Below are positions 18,426 to 27,066 of a stretch of DNA of 34,654 nucleotides, one piece after another. Numbering within the stretch: position 1 is the stretch's first letter; the number at the start of each line of letters is the position of its first letter. The DNA is from an uncultured Methylomarinum sp. (GTDB lineage Bacteria; Pseudomonadota; Gammaproteobacteria; Methylococcales; Methylomonadaceae), in contig CAZHUE010000001.1 in the NCBI GenBank assembly GCA_964535875.1, positions 1-34,654 on the forward strand. Direction: 5' to 3'. A program made the translations under genes and the position numbers. The notes beneath the pieces were generated by a model, which was given only the letters and a program-made list of their open reading frames with translations, had not been told where the DNA came from and searched no databases.

Positions 18426-20768
18426 GTGCGCAATTTAACTAAAACAACAATAACGGCTATTTCGTTACTGGCACCTGTGAGTGCATTTCCGTTAGGAATT
18501 GGCGATATTAAATTGCACTCTGCACTTAATCAGAACCTTGATGCTGAAATTGCATTGTTCGTTTCTGCGGGAGAAAATATTTCAGATATTAAGGTCAAAC
18601 TCGCACCGCCTGAAAAATTTGATGAAGCGGGTGTTCCCTGGAATTATTTTCTTTCAAAAATAAAATTTGAAACAATTAAAGCTGCTGATGGATCAGCGAT
18701 TATTAAGGTTAGTTCCAATGAAGCGTTAAGAGAACCGTTTTTAGATTTTTTGGTAGAGGTGAGTTGGGATAAAGGAAATCTTTATCGAGAATTTACTGTA
18801 TTGGTTGATCCTCCTGTTGCTTATACACAAGCAGTGATTCCTGTTGTAAAAAAACCAGATGAGTTTGTAGAAGTAAAACCTGCTAAGAATACAACTGTAG
18901 CTAAGGCCAAGACTAAAACATCAAAAAAAATAGAGAGTGTTGCTTTTTCTAAGGGGGAGTATGGGCCAACTAAAAGAAACGATTCTTTATGGAAAGTTGC
19001 TGAAAAAACGAATACATACAGTGATGTAACTAGAGCACAGATGATGATGGCTATTTTCAAGGCTAATCCAGGTGCTTTTTTTAAAGATAATGTTAATGCT
19101 TTAGAAGCTGGTAAAACGCTTAAAATACCAGAAAAAGAAGTAATTCTTAGTTTGTCTAAAGAAGATGCACAGTTAGCCTTTAAAGCTCAGTCTGATCAAT
19201 GGACAGGCGTTGTTAATACTAATTTGCAAGCTCAAGCTAATTTGGATAATACCCAAGGGGTTCATGCCCAAGTGGAATTAAAAGCACCAACCGAAGCACA
19301 AATTGCTGATACGACAGTTGTTGTATCACAAAATGATGCACAAGTTGATCAGCAAAGTAATAGAGCAGAAGTAAAACAAACAGATTTACCGTCTTTAAGT
19401 AGTGAAGAAAGTTTTGCATTGCAAGCTAAAATGGAAAAATTGGAGCAGCAATTAGCAATGGTGCAAAAAATGCTGATTTTGAAAGATGAGCAAATTGCTG
19501 CCTTACAAAACCAGAATAAAGTAGAAAGCACTTCTAAGATAGAAGTGGAACAAGTTGAGGATTTTGACAAAAAAATTGAGTCAAAAGAAGATCCAGCAGC
19601 TACTGTTAAAGATACGAAACCAGTTGTTAAAGTAACACCAAAAGTTACTGAGAAAGCTAAGGAAAAAGATAAAGATGCAAAAGTAGAGGCTGAACCGGTT
19701 TCACCAGAAAAAGAAACGCTCTCTACCCCTATGCTAAGTGCAATAGTATTTCCTATTTTAGGATTGCTTGGCTGGGCATTATGGCGTAAAGGAAGAGAGG
19801 AAGATGAAGATGCAATAGATGATGACAGCATATTTGCCTCTGCGAGTGAAATTATTCCCCTTGATTCTTTGAGTGATGATGAAGAGCCGGTTTCTTCTTC
19901 TGATAAAACACCATCTCTTGAAGATCCCATGGAAGATAGTTCTTTTTTGAGTGAATTTTCATCTAGTGATTTTCATACTTTTGATAAAGACCTTAGCGAG
20001 GATGTTGATCCTGTTTTAGAGGCTGATGTTTATTTAGCATACGGGAGATATCAGCAAGCGGAAGAATTGATGCGTCAGGCCATTGTCGATCAACCTGAAA
20101 GAGATGAATGTAAGTTAAAGCTATTAGAAATATTTCATGCTCATGAAAACAAAAGTAGTTTTGAGAAATATGTAATCGAGCTAGAAAAATCAGGAAAAAA
20201 TAAAGATCAGTCATTTTGGTCAAAAGTTGTAGAAATGGGTGATGAGTTAGATGTGAAGTCTTCATCGAATGAAAATGTTGTTGCAAAAAATGATATAGAT
20301 GATATTGATAGCACTGTTAATAAAAAAGTAGATGTAAAGCCGAAAGGAGATAATGAAAATGAAATGGAATTTGATTTATCAATTTTTGACGAAGATGAGA
20401 AAGATCATAACTTAGATATAGGAAAGGGAACTCCTGACAAAAATGATGCGAATAATATAGATTTTGATTTAAGTGAGTTCCAGCTTAATACTTCAAGTTC
20501 TATAGATGATGGTGACAAGGATAGTAAAATAAATGAAGAGTTTGAGGCATTTGATTTTGATTTTGATAAGTTGCCAGAAAAAGATTCAGAGCAAGGTGCT
20601 TTAGATTTAACTGATATGGATGAAATGGAAACTAAAATTGATTTAGCGAAAGCATATATTGACATGGGTGATTATGATGCGGCTAAAGCAATTGCTCAAG
20701 AAGCATTTGAGAAAGGAAATGATGAGCAAAAGCTTGCTGCGCAAGATATCCTGGATTTATTAGACTAG
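18426..20768 (+). CDS. fimV: FimV/HubP-family polar landmark protein
   Basis: 780 aa. It has the FimV N-terminal signature (LGIGDIKLHSALNQNLDAEIAL), a LysM-like segment (YGPTKRNDSLWKVAEK...LEAGKTLKIP), a coiled-coil, and one TM helix (LSAIVFPILGLLGWALW). The highly acidic cytoplasmic region carries FDLS/FDFD motifs, and the conserved FimV C-terminal motif is present (KIDLAKAYIDMGDYDAAKAIAQE). The asd-fimV adjacency is as in Pseudomonas. GTG start. Confidence 0.85.
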   Translation: MRNLTKTTITAISLLAPVSAFPLGIGDIKLHSALNQNLDAEIALFVSAGENISDIKVKLAPPEKFDEAGVPWNYFLSKIKFETIKAADGSAIIKVSSNEALREPFLDFLVEVSWDKGNLYREFTVLVDPPVAYTQAVIPVVKKPDEFVEVKPAKNTTVAKAKTKTSKKIESVAFSKGEYGPTKRNDSLWKVAEKTNTYSDVTRAQMMMAIFKANPGAFFKDNVNALEAGKTLKIPEKEVILSLSKEDAQLAFKAQSDQWTGVVNTNLQAQANLDNTQGVHAQVELKAPTEAQIADTTVVVSQNDAQVDQQSNRAEVKQTDLPSLSSEESFALQAKMEKLEQQLAMVQKMLILKDEQIAALQNQNKVESTSKIEVEQVEDFDKKIESKEDPAATVKDTKPVVKVTPKVTEKAKEKDKDAKVEAEPVSPEKETLSTPMLSAIVFPILGLLGWALWRKGREEDEDAIDDDSIFASASEIIPLDSLSDDEEPVSSSDKTPSLEDPMEDSSFLSEFSSSDFHTFDKDLSEDVDPVLEADVYLAYGRYQQAEELMRQAIVDQPERDECKLKLLEIFHAHENKSSFEKYVIELEKSGKNKDQSFWSKVVEMGDELDVKSSSNENVVAKNDIDDIDSTVNKKVDVKPKGDNENEMEFDLSIFDEDEKDHNLDIGKGTPDKNDANNIDFDLSEFQLNTSSSIDDGDKDSKINEEFEAFDFDFDKLPEKDSEQGALDLTDMDEMETKIDLAKAYIDMGDYDAAKAIAQEAFEKGNDEQKLAAQDILDLLD

Positions 20769-20811
20769 TTTCTATTGAAAGTAAGCTTAAAAATAGAGGT
20801 AATGTAAAAAT

Positions 20812-20839
20812 AAAAAAAGCCCTTAAAAGGGCTTTTTTT
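20812..20839. terminator. Rho-independent terminator (bidirectional A-tract/hairpin/T-tract) downstream of fimV
   Basis: AAAAAAAGCCCTTAAAAGGGCTTTTTTT: a GC stem flanked by an A-run and a T-run, 45 nt after the fimV stop. Confidence 0.75.
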
Positions 20840-20935
20840 GTGTCTATATATATAAATAAATTATTATATTATAATTTATTGTATGCTATTTTTTTCTTAG
20901 AAATATATTTTTACTAAGTGTCATTAGGAGAATTT

Positions 20936-21079
20936 ATGACAATTGATCGTTTAGTAATGTTTTTTTCAGGAATGTTTATATTAGTAAGTGTATGTTTAGC
21001 TCTATTTTATTCATTAAATTGTTGATAGATAACCGGTTTTGTGTGAAGTCAGGGTGCGCATTTTAAAAAAATAATTTGA
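20936..21079 (+). pseudogene. Probable relic of a small DUF2892 (YgaP-like membrane) gene
   Basis: A good SD (AGGAG, 20926-20930) and ATG open a 29-codon ORF, MTIDRLVMFFSGMFILVSVCLALFYSLNC*. This resembles the N-terminus of ~60-70 aa DUF2892 proteins (M.IDR.V..F.G...L.S..L). Downstream, out of frame, are ITGFV* (compare FTGFCP) and RILKKII* (compare the C-terminal ILKKLGV). That pattern suggests an internal deletion plus frameshifts. The family recollection is unverified. Confidence 0.35.
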
Positions 21080-21100
21080 GTATTAGGGTGCCTCTAAAAA

Positions 21101-21132
21101 GGGAGTAAAAGTTAATTTTACTCCCTTTTTTT
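21101..21132 (+). terminator. Rho-independent terminator
   Basis: GGGAGTAAAA-GTTAA-TTTTACTCCC followed by TTTTTTTG: a 10-bp perfect stem, a 5-nt loop and a T-run. Confidence 0.7.
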
Positions 21133-21200
21133 GTCAAAAAATAAGTCAATTTTACTATAATTATATTATAATTAATTGAATTTAATAGTTAATTTAATTA

Positions 21201-21216
21201 CGGCCTGTTAATTGCA
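21201..21216 (+). promoter_or_regulatory. Candidate sigma-54 (-24/-12) promoter upstream of fliL
   Basis: cGGCcTG-ttaa-TTGCA compared with the consensus TGGCACG-N4-TTGCW. The GG and GC dinucleotides are at the correct 12-nt spacing. It lies 270 nt upstream of the fliL ATG. Sigma-54 dependence of fliL-type operons is established in Pseudomonas and Vibrio. This is a single motif match only. Confidence 0.35.
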
Positions 21217-21485
21217 TTTAATAAATACGAAAGAAGATATAAAGTTTGTCTTGGTGATGAAAGCTACCTAGTTTGTTATTTATGTTTTCAAATGTATTTA
21301 TAAAGATCATGGCTCATATTTAATGGTAATAAACCGTTCGCTAAGAATAGCTGTAATTTGCTTGGGCGAAAATAATTTTATAATTAATACACATGCTTAG
21401 AAAGAAAAAAATATGTATATATAAAATGATATGTCGAGTAATTTGCTAAAAATGGTCTACAGTTAGAGACAGAATAGGAGGAAAA

Positions 21486-22001
21486 ATGGCAGAAAATGAA
21501 GTAGAAAATGGGGAAGAAAAAAAGTCTTCAAAAAAGTTGATTATTATAGGTTTAATCATTTTATTATTAGCAGGTGCAGGTGCTGGATACTATTTTTTTA
21601 TGGGTAACTCTGAAGAATTAGATGGTGAGCAGAGTGAGGAAGTTTTAGAGGAAGACGACGAATCTGAAGAAGAGGGTGCTAATGATGAGATTTATTATGA
21701 TATGAAAAAATCATTAATTGTAAATTTTCCAAAAGGGTCTGGAGCCAGTTTGATTCAGATATCAGTCTCGTTGTTAGTTAAGGGTGAAGAGACAATAGAA
21801 GCACTTAAGAAGCACGAGCCAATGATACGTAACAATCTATTAATGGCAATAAGTGCTAAAGGTTCAAAAAACCTTATGACTGTAGAAGGAAAAGAAGCGC
21901 TACGGGATGAAATGTTAAAGGTAGTGGGTGATGTTATGGAAAAAATGACTAAGAAAAATAAAGTGACAAATATTTTTTTTACTTCCTTTGTAATGCAATA
22001 A
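21486..22001 (+). CDS. fliL: Flagellar basal-body-associated protein FliL
   Basis: 171 aa with a single N-terminal TM helix (LIIIGLIILLLAGAGAGYYFF). The FliL-type C-terminal domain is present (IYYDMKKSLIVNF...LIQISVSLLV...HEPMIRNNLLMAIS...FFTSFVMQ). A strong SD (AGGAGG) precedes it. Confidence 0.85.
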   Translation: MAENEVENGEEKKSSKKLIIIGLIILLLAGAGAGYYFFMGNSEELDGEQSEEVLEEDDESEEEGANDEIYYDMKKSLIVNFPKGSGASLIQISVSLLVKGEETIEALKKHEPMIRNNLLMAISAKGSKNLMTVEGKEALRDEMLKVVGDVMEKMTKKNKVTNIFFTSFVMQ

Positions 22002-22088
22002 GTATTTCAGGTTATTAAAAAAATTATTCGTCAGGTGGTCAACGATATGGTGACGACTAAATTTTTGTTAAATTGAGGTTTTAAAGTT

Positions 22089-23069
22089 ATGTCTACAGCA
22101 GATCTTCTTTCACAGGATGAAATTGATGCACTTTTGCATGGTGTTGACGATGGTGATGTAGAAGTAGAAACAAATGAAGAAGAGTTAGGCACTGTCAGAG
22201 GGTATGACTTAGCAAGTCAAGAAAGAATTGTAAGAGGCAGGATGCCGACATTGGAGATGATTAATGAACGATTTACACGTTATTTTCGGATATCTCTTTT
22301 TAATTTTTTAAGGCGATCAGCAGAAATTTCTATAGTAGGAATACAAGTTCAAAAATTTTCTGAATATATTCAAAGTCTCTATGTACCAACAAATCTTAAT
22401 ATTGTTCGGTTTGCACCATTAAGAGGTAGAGCTTTAATAGTTATGGAACCAAAGCTTGTGTTTACAGCGGTGGATAACTTTTTTGGTGGTGGTGGGCAGT
22501 TTTATAATAAAGTGGAAGGACGTGAATTTACGCCAACTGAAATGCGAGTTATTCGTTTAATTATTGATCTTTTGTTTAAGGATTTAAAAGAGGCATGGAA
22601 ACCAGTGATGGATATTGAAATGGAATATATGAATTCTGAGGTAAATCCTCAATTTGCAAATATCGTAAGTCCATCAGAAATTGTTGTTGTTTCAACCATT
22701 CTTGTGGAACTTGAAGGCGGAGGGGGGCAAATTAATATAGCAATGCCTTATTCGATGGTAGAACCGATTAGAGATTTATTGGATGCTGTATCAAGTGATC
22801 GAGGGGAAGTAGATGGAGCTTGGCAAGAGAATTTAAGGAAAGAAGTGCTTCGAAGTGAAGTTTCTTTAAACAGTATGTTGGTTGAAAAAACCATGACAAT
22901 TAAAGATGTCATTAATTTTCAAAAAGGAGATGTGATTCCTATTGAAATGCCTGAAATAGTGACTGTTAAAGCAGAAAAAGTCAATATTTTTAAAGGTAAA
23001 GTTGGTTTGTCAGATGGTAATTATGCCGTTCAAGTAACAGAAAAATTAACTCAGGATTCTTTAGGCTAG
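22089..23069 (+). CDS. fliM: Flagellar motor switch protein FliM
   Basis: 326 aa. The N-terminal CheY-P binding motif LSQDEIDALL is present, along with FliM middle-domain blocks (RMPTLEMINERF, FGGGG) and a SpoA-like C-terminus. Confidence 0.95.
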   Translation: MSTADLLSQDEIDALLHGVDDGDVEVETNEEELGTVRGYDLASQERIVRGRMPTLEMINERFTRYFRISLFNFLRRSAEISIVGIQVQKFSEYIQSLYVPTNLNIVRFAPLRGRALIVMEPKLVFTAVDNFFGGGGQFYNKVEGREFTPTEMRVIRLIIDLLFKDLKEAWKPVMDIEMEYMNSEVNPQFANIVSPSEIVVVSTILVELEGGGGQINIAMPYSMVEPIRDLLDAVSSDRGEVDGAWQENLRKEVLRSEVSLNSMLVEKTMTIKDVINFQKGDVIPIEMPEIVTVKAEKVNIFKGKVGLSDGNYAVQVTEKLTQDSLG

Positions 23070-23114
23070 GATGAAGGTAATAGAGTTCCTTCCAAAGTAA
23101 AGCAAGGTAAAAAA

Positions 23115-23615
23115 ATGAGTGAAAATGAAGAGGAATTGGGTGCGGATTGGGGTGATGCGATGGAAGAGCAAGCAGTTGCCGAAGCTGAACCTGGAACTGG
23201 AACTGAGGCTGGTGAAGAAGATGATGCCACTGCTGACTGGGGTGATGCTCTACAGGAACAAAGTGATGCCGAAGGTTTAGAAGCGGCTACCTTTGATGAA
23301 TTAGAAGCGCAAGCTGAAACAAGTCCTGCACCGAGTGAAGCTACAACAGAAGATATTAAGTTAGATGTCATTCTGGATGTGCCAGTTACTGTTTCCATGG
23401 AGATAGGAAGAACAAGTATTAACATTAGAAACTTATTGCAACTTAACCAGGGCTCAGTTATTGAGTTAGACAGGTTTGCTGGTGAACCAATGGATGTATT
23501 GGTTAATGGTACATTGATAGCTCATGGGGAGGTCGTCGTAGTAAATGATAAATTTGGAATTCGGTTAACCGATGTAATTAGCCCATCAGAGCGTGTAAAA
23601 AAATTAGGTTCATAA
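23115..23615 (+). CDS. fliN: Flagellar motor switch protein FliN (with an acidic N-terminal extension)
   Basis: 166 aa. The C-terminal SpoA domain is clear (LDVPVTVSMEIGRTSINIRNLLQLNQGSVIELDRFAGEPMDVLVNGTLIAHGEVVVVNDKFGIRLTDV). Confidence 0.95.
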   Translation: MSENEEELGADWGDAMEEQAVAEAEPGTGTEAGEEDDATADWGDALQEQSDAEGLEAATFDELEAQAETSPAPSEATTEDIKLDVILDVPVTVSMEIGRTSINIRNLLQLNQGSVIELDRFAGEPMDVLVNGTLIAHGEVVVVNDKFGIRLTDVISPSERVKKLGS

Positions 23616-23616
23616 A

Positions 23617-24054
23617 TTGAGAATAATAATTGCCAGTACCACTATTTTTCTATTTTCAATTTCATCTGTATATGCAGCAATAAATGTTGATGGAAAAAAA
23701 CCTGCTAAATTGGTCACTTATGATCATGTGATGAATTGGGTATTAGGCCTAATAATCGTAATAGCTTTATTTTTTGCTTGTATCTGGTTGATGAGGAAAA
23801 TGGGTGCATTACCAGAAAATTCAAAACAAAAAATGAGGGTGTTAGCCGGTCTATCGCTGGGAGGGCGTGATAGAGTTGTTTTGGTTCAAGTGGGTGGACA
23901 ACAATTAGTATTGGGAGTGTCTCCTGGAAGAATCAATAACTTGTTGGTACTTGAGGGTGATGATCGTGTGGCTGAGGAAACTAAGGAAAAGCCAGTAGAA
24001 GGTGAGTTTTCTCAAAAACTCAAACAAATAATGACAAGATCTTTAAATGAATAA
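23617..24054 (+). CDS. fliO: Flagellar biosynthesis protein FliO
   Basis: 145 aa in the fliN-fliP position, with one central TM helix ([19 protein letters not shown]) and the conserved [17 protein letters not shown] block. The start is TTG, 1 nt after the fliN stop. It overlaps fliP by 8 nt. Confidence 0.85.
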   Translation: MRIIIASTTIFLFSISSVYAAINVDGKKPAKLVTYDHVMNWVLGLIIVIALFFACIWLMRKMGALPENSKQKMRVLAGLSLGGRDRVVLVQVGGQQLVLGVSPGRINNLLVLEGDDRVAEETKEKPVEGEFSQKLKQIMTRSLNE

Positions 24055-24787
24055 GTTAGTTGTGAGCTTGTTTGTTGGATTAATGCCGGTTGCATCAGCT
24101 ATCGCAGCTCCTGGAATTGATGCGCTGACTGTCACAACAAATCCTGCGGGTGGTGAAACATATACGGTAACCATTCAGATTTTAGCATTAATGACAATGC
24201 TGACTGTTTTGCCATCAATGCTATTAACCATGACGTCGTTTACCAGAATTATGATTGTTTTGAGTTTATTGCGCCAAGCATTAGGGACAGGGCAGGCACC
24301 AAGTAATCAAGTATTACTTGGTTTATCTCTGTTTTTGACGGTTTTTATTATGATGCCTGTTTTTGATAAAGTTAATTCAGAAGCTGTACGGCCCTATATG
24401 GAAGAAAAAATTAAGATTACAGCGGCGATTGAAAAAGCATCTGAGCCTTTTAGAGCTTTTATGTTAAAGCAAACGCGAGAAACAGATTTAGAGTTATTTA
24501 TGAGAATATCAGGGAGCGAAGATTTTGAATCAGTTGATGATGTGCCTTTTTCCCTACTTTTACCTGCTTTTGTGACCAGTGAACTTAAAACTGCATTTCA
24601 GATTGGTTTTTTGATTTTTTTGCCTTTTTTAGTGATTGATTTGGTTGTGGCCAGTGTATTAATGGCAATGGGGATGATGATGTTATCTCCAATGATTATT
24701 TCTTTACCGTTTAAAATTATGTTGTTTGTATTAGCTGATGGCTGGACATTAGTGATGGAAATGTTAGCAGCAAGCTTTTATATTTGA
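24047..24787 (+). CDS. fliP: Flagellar type III export apparatus protein FliP
   Basis: 246 aa with a signal-like N-terminus. It carries the conserved [16 protein letters not shown] and [34 protein letters not shown] blocks. Confidence 0.95.
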   Translation: MNKLVVSLFVGLMPVASAIAAPGIDALTVTTNPAGGETYTVTIQILALMTMLTVLPSMLLTMTSFTRIMIVLSLLRQALGTGQAPSNQVLLGLSLFLTVFIMMPVFDKVNSEAVRPYMEEKIKITAAIEKASEPFRAFMLKQTRETDLELFMRISGSEDFESVDDVPFSLLLPAFVTSELKTAFQIGFLIFLPFLVIDLVVASVLMAMGMMMLSPMIISLPFKIMLFVLADGWTLVMEMLAASFYI

Positions 24788-24805
24788 TAATTTATAGGCG
24801 GCAAT

Positions 24806-25075
24806 ATGACACCAGACGTTATTTCTTCAATTGCTGAAGATACAGTTTTAGTAGCAATAAAGTTAATTGCCCCCATTTTATTGTCTTCTTTAGCGGTAGG
24901 GTTACTTGTTGCCATGTTTCAGGCGGCAACACAAATTAATGAACAAACATTATCTTTTATACCTAAATTAGCAACGGTCATTATAGTTCTAACACTTGCA
25001 GGGCCTTGGATGTTACAAGCAATTATTGATTATTTTCAAAATTTAATGCATCAAATCCCGACTCTTATTGGGTAA
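24806..25075 (+). CDS. fliQ: Flagellar type III export apparatus protein FliQ
   Basis: 89 aa with two TM segments and the conserved AATQINEQTLSFIPK block. Confidence 0.95.
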   Translation: MTPDVISSIAEDTVLVAIKLIAPILLSSLAVGLLVAMFQAATQINEQTLSFIPKLATVIIVLTLAGPWMLQAIIDYFQNLMHQIPTLIG

Positions 25076-25079
25076 GCCG

Positions 25080-25853
25080 GTGAATATCACTGAAGAGCAA
25101 ATGTTATCAATGGTGGCTTCATTTATATGGCCGTTTATTCGTATTGGTTCAATGTTTATTTCAATTCCGGTATTTAGTGTTAGGTCACTTCCCGCAAAAA
25201 TTCGTGTTATTACTGCGCTTGTTATAACACTTGTTGTTGTTCCATTGCTACCAGCCCAACCTAATGTAGAAATTTTTAGTTATCAAGGGTTTATGGTAAC
25301 TCTACAACAATTAGTTATTGGTTTAACGACTGGTTTTGTACTACAAATGGTTTTCTCTGTGATGTTGCTAGGCGGACAAAGTATTGCCTACAGTATGGGC
25401 TTAGGGTTTGCATCCATGGTTGACCCCGCATCTGGTTTACAAGTACCCGTCGTGTCACAAATATTTATAGTTTCTGCAAATTTAATGTTTTTAAGTGTTA
25501 ATGGACATTTATTATTAATAGAAATGTTGGTAGAAAGCTTTAATACTTTGCCTATCGGAATTGTTGGTCTTAATCTGAATGATTTATGGTCTGTTATAGC
25601 CTGGAGTAGCCAGGTTTTTGCAGGCGGTGTTCTACTTGCGATGCCTATAATGGCTGCATTACTCTTTATTAATATAAGCTTTGGTGTCGCTGCCCGGGCT
25701 GCACCACAAATACAGATTTTTGCTATAGGGATTCCTATTACTATTATGGTAGGGCTAGTTTTAATCTGGATTTCAATGTCTAGTTCAATTGAAATTTTTT
25801 CAAATGTGTTAACCGAAGGCTATCAGTTAATAAATCAATTATTAAAGTTATAG
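25080..25853 (+). CDS. fliR: Flagellar type III export apparatus protein FliR
   Basis: Polytopic membrane protein in the fliQ-flhB position. The N-terminus (M)NITEEQMLSMVASFIWPFIRIGSMFISIPVFS parallels the E. coli FliR N-terminus. The start is uncertain: GTG at 25080 (after the fliQ stop) or the track's TTG at 25068 (overlapping fliQ). The stop is unambiguous. Confidence 0.9.
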   Translation: MNITEEQMLSMVASFIWPFIRIGSMFISIPVFSVRSLPAKIRVITALVITLVVVPLLPAQPNVEIFSYQGFMVTLQQLVIGLTTGFVLQMVFSVMLLGGQSIAYSMGLGFASMVDPASGLQVPVVSQIFIVSANLMFLSVNGHLLLIEMLVESFNTLPIGIVGLNLNDLWSVIAWSSQVFAGGVLLAMPIMAALLFINISFGVAARAAPQIQIFAIGIPITIMVGLVLIWISMSSSIEIFSNVLTEGYQLINQLLKL

Positions 25854-25862
25854 GGCAATTAA

Positions 25863-26990
25863 ATGGCTGATGACTCAGGGGATAAAACCGAAGAACCCAC
25901 GGCAAAGCGAATTGCCGATGCTAGAAAAAAGGGTCAGATTCCCCGTTCTAAAGAACTTAATACCTTTGTTGCTTTAGTGGCTGGCTCAGTTATGTTGTTG
26001 TTTACAGGAGAATCAATAAGTAAAGGTTTGATACAAATCATTAGGAAACAATTTAAATTAAATCGTGATGTTTTTTTTGACGATGCAAGCCTGGTTATTT
26101 ATTTTGAGCAGGTTTTATTAGATGGAATGCTATTAATTGTACCTCTGGTTTTGATCATGGGACTAGTCGCATTATTGACACCCATTATGATGGGTGGATG
26201 GAATTTTAGTACTGAATCAATGAGTCCTAAAATTTCAAAAATGAATCCTTTTTCTGGTTTAAAAAGAATGTTTGGTGTCCAGGGATGGGTAGAATTATTA
26301 AAATCTATTGTAAAAATCGTACTCATTTTTTCAGTTGCAGGAAGTTTGTTCAAGGGATATTTGGATCAGCTCATGGCATTAAGTTCTTTGTCATTAAATA
26401 ATGCAGTCATTAATGCAGCCGATATTATTTTATATGGCTTTTTGATTTTAAGTTCAACCCTGATTGTTATCGTCGCAATTGATGCGCCTTATCAATTATG
26501 GAATAACAATAAACAATTAAAAATGTCTAAACAGGAAGTGAAAGATGAGTCTAAACAACAAGAAGGTAATCCGGAGATTAAGGGACAGATACGAAGAAAA
26601 CAGATGGAAATGTCTCAACAAAGGATGATGGATGAAGTGCCAAAAGCCGATGTGATTGTTACTAACCCAACTCACTTTGCTATTGCATTGAAATATGATC
26701 CCTTAGGTAGTGGAGCCCCTGTTTTAGTCGCTAAAGGTGTAGATCTGATCGCTGCTCAAATAAGAAATAGTGCAATGGGTGCTGATATTCCTTTGGTTGC
26801 TGCACCACCATTAGCTAGAGCACTATTTTATTCAACAGAACTGGGTGAAGAAATTCCTAAAGGATTGTTTTTAGCTGTTGCACAGATATTAGCCTATGTC
26901 TTTCAGTTGAAAGCAGCAGTAGAAAATAATGGGGAAAAACCAGTGCTACCTAAAGATATAAAGGTTTCTGATGAATTCAGACAAGAGTAA
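25863..26990 (+). CDS. flhB: Flagellar type III export switch protein FlhB
   Basis: 375 aa. It has the N-terminal KTEEPTAKRIADARKKGQIPRSKE block, four TM segments and the NPTH autocleavage site (VIVTNPTHFAIAL). Confidence 0.95.
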   Translation: MADDSGDKTEEPTAKRIADARKKGQIPRSKELNTFVALVAGSVMLLFTGESISKGLIQIIRKQFKLNRDVFFDDASLVIYFEQVLLDGMLLIVPLVLIMGLVALLTPIMMGGWNFSTESMSPKISKMNPFSGLKRMFGVQGWVELLKSIVKIVLIFSVAGSLFKGYLDQLMALSSLSLNNAVINAADIILYGFLILSSTLIVIVAIDAPYQLWNNNKQLKMSKQEVKDESKQQEGNPEIKGQIRRKQMEMSQQRMMDEVPKADVIVTNPTHFAIALKYDPLGSGAPVLVAKGVDLIAAQIRNSAMGADIPLVAAPPLARALFYSTELGEEIPKGLFLAVAQILAYVFQLKAAVENNGEKPVLPKDIKVSDEFRQE

Positions 26991-27066
26991 AAACAATCAA
27001 TTCACATATGTTTTATAGAAATAACCTTGTTTTTAAAGACCGGATTATATATTAAGAAAAATCATT

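Noticed and set aside
19349-19930. 193-aa minus-strand ORF (plus 18821-19060, 19237-19419, 19993-20286 and 20405-20665) inside fimV
   Set aside because: It is antisense to a confidently assigned gene. The products are Ser/Leu-rich low-complexity sequence, typical of shadow ORFs opposite an acidic, Lys/Glu-rich coding region. No start context or family resemblance.
20863-21173. Identical AT-only 14-mer ATTATATTATAATT at 20863-20876 and 21160-21173, flanking the DUF2892-like relic. There is also a 10-bp AT palindrome at about 20856-20881.
   Set aside because: Several exact 14-mer repeats are expected by chance at this base composition, and AT-only words are the most likely of these. This is not convincing evidence for direct repeats of an insertion.
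23066-23425. 119-aa minus-strand ORF overlapping the fliM end and the fliN start
   Set aside because: It is a shadow ORF opposite the GAx-rich acidic N-terminus of FliN. The product is Ser/Ala-rich low-complexity sequence.
26932-26947. GG-N10-GC sigma-54-like motif inside the 3' end of flhB, ~120 nt upstream of flhA
   Set aside because: Only the GG, the GC and a few flanking positions match the consensus (gGGaaaa-N4-gTGCt). This is too weak to call.
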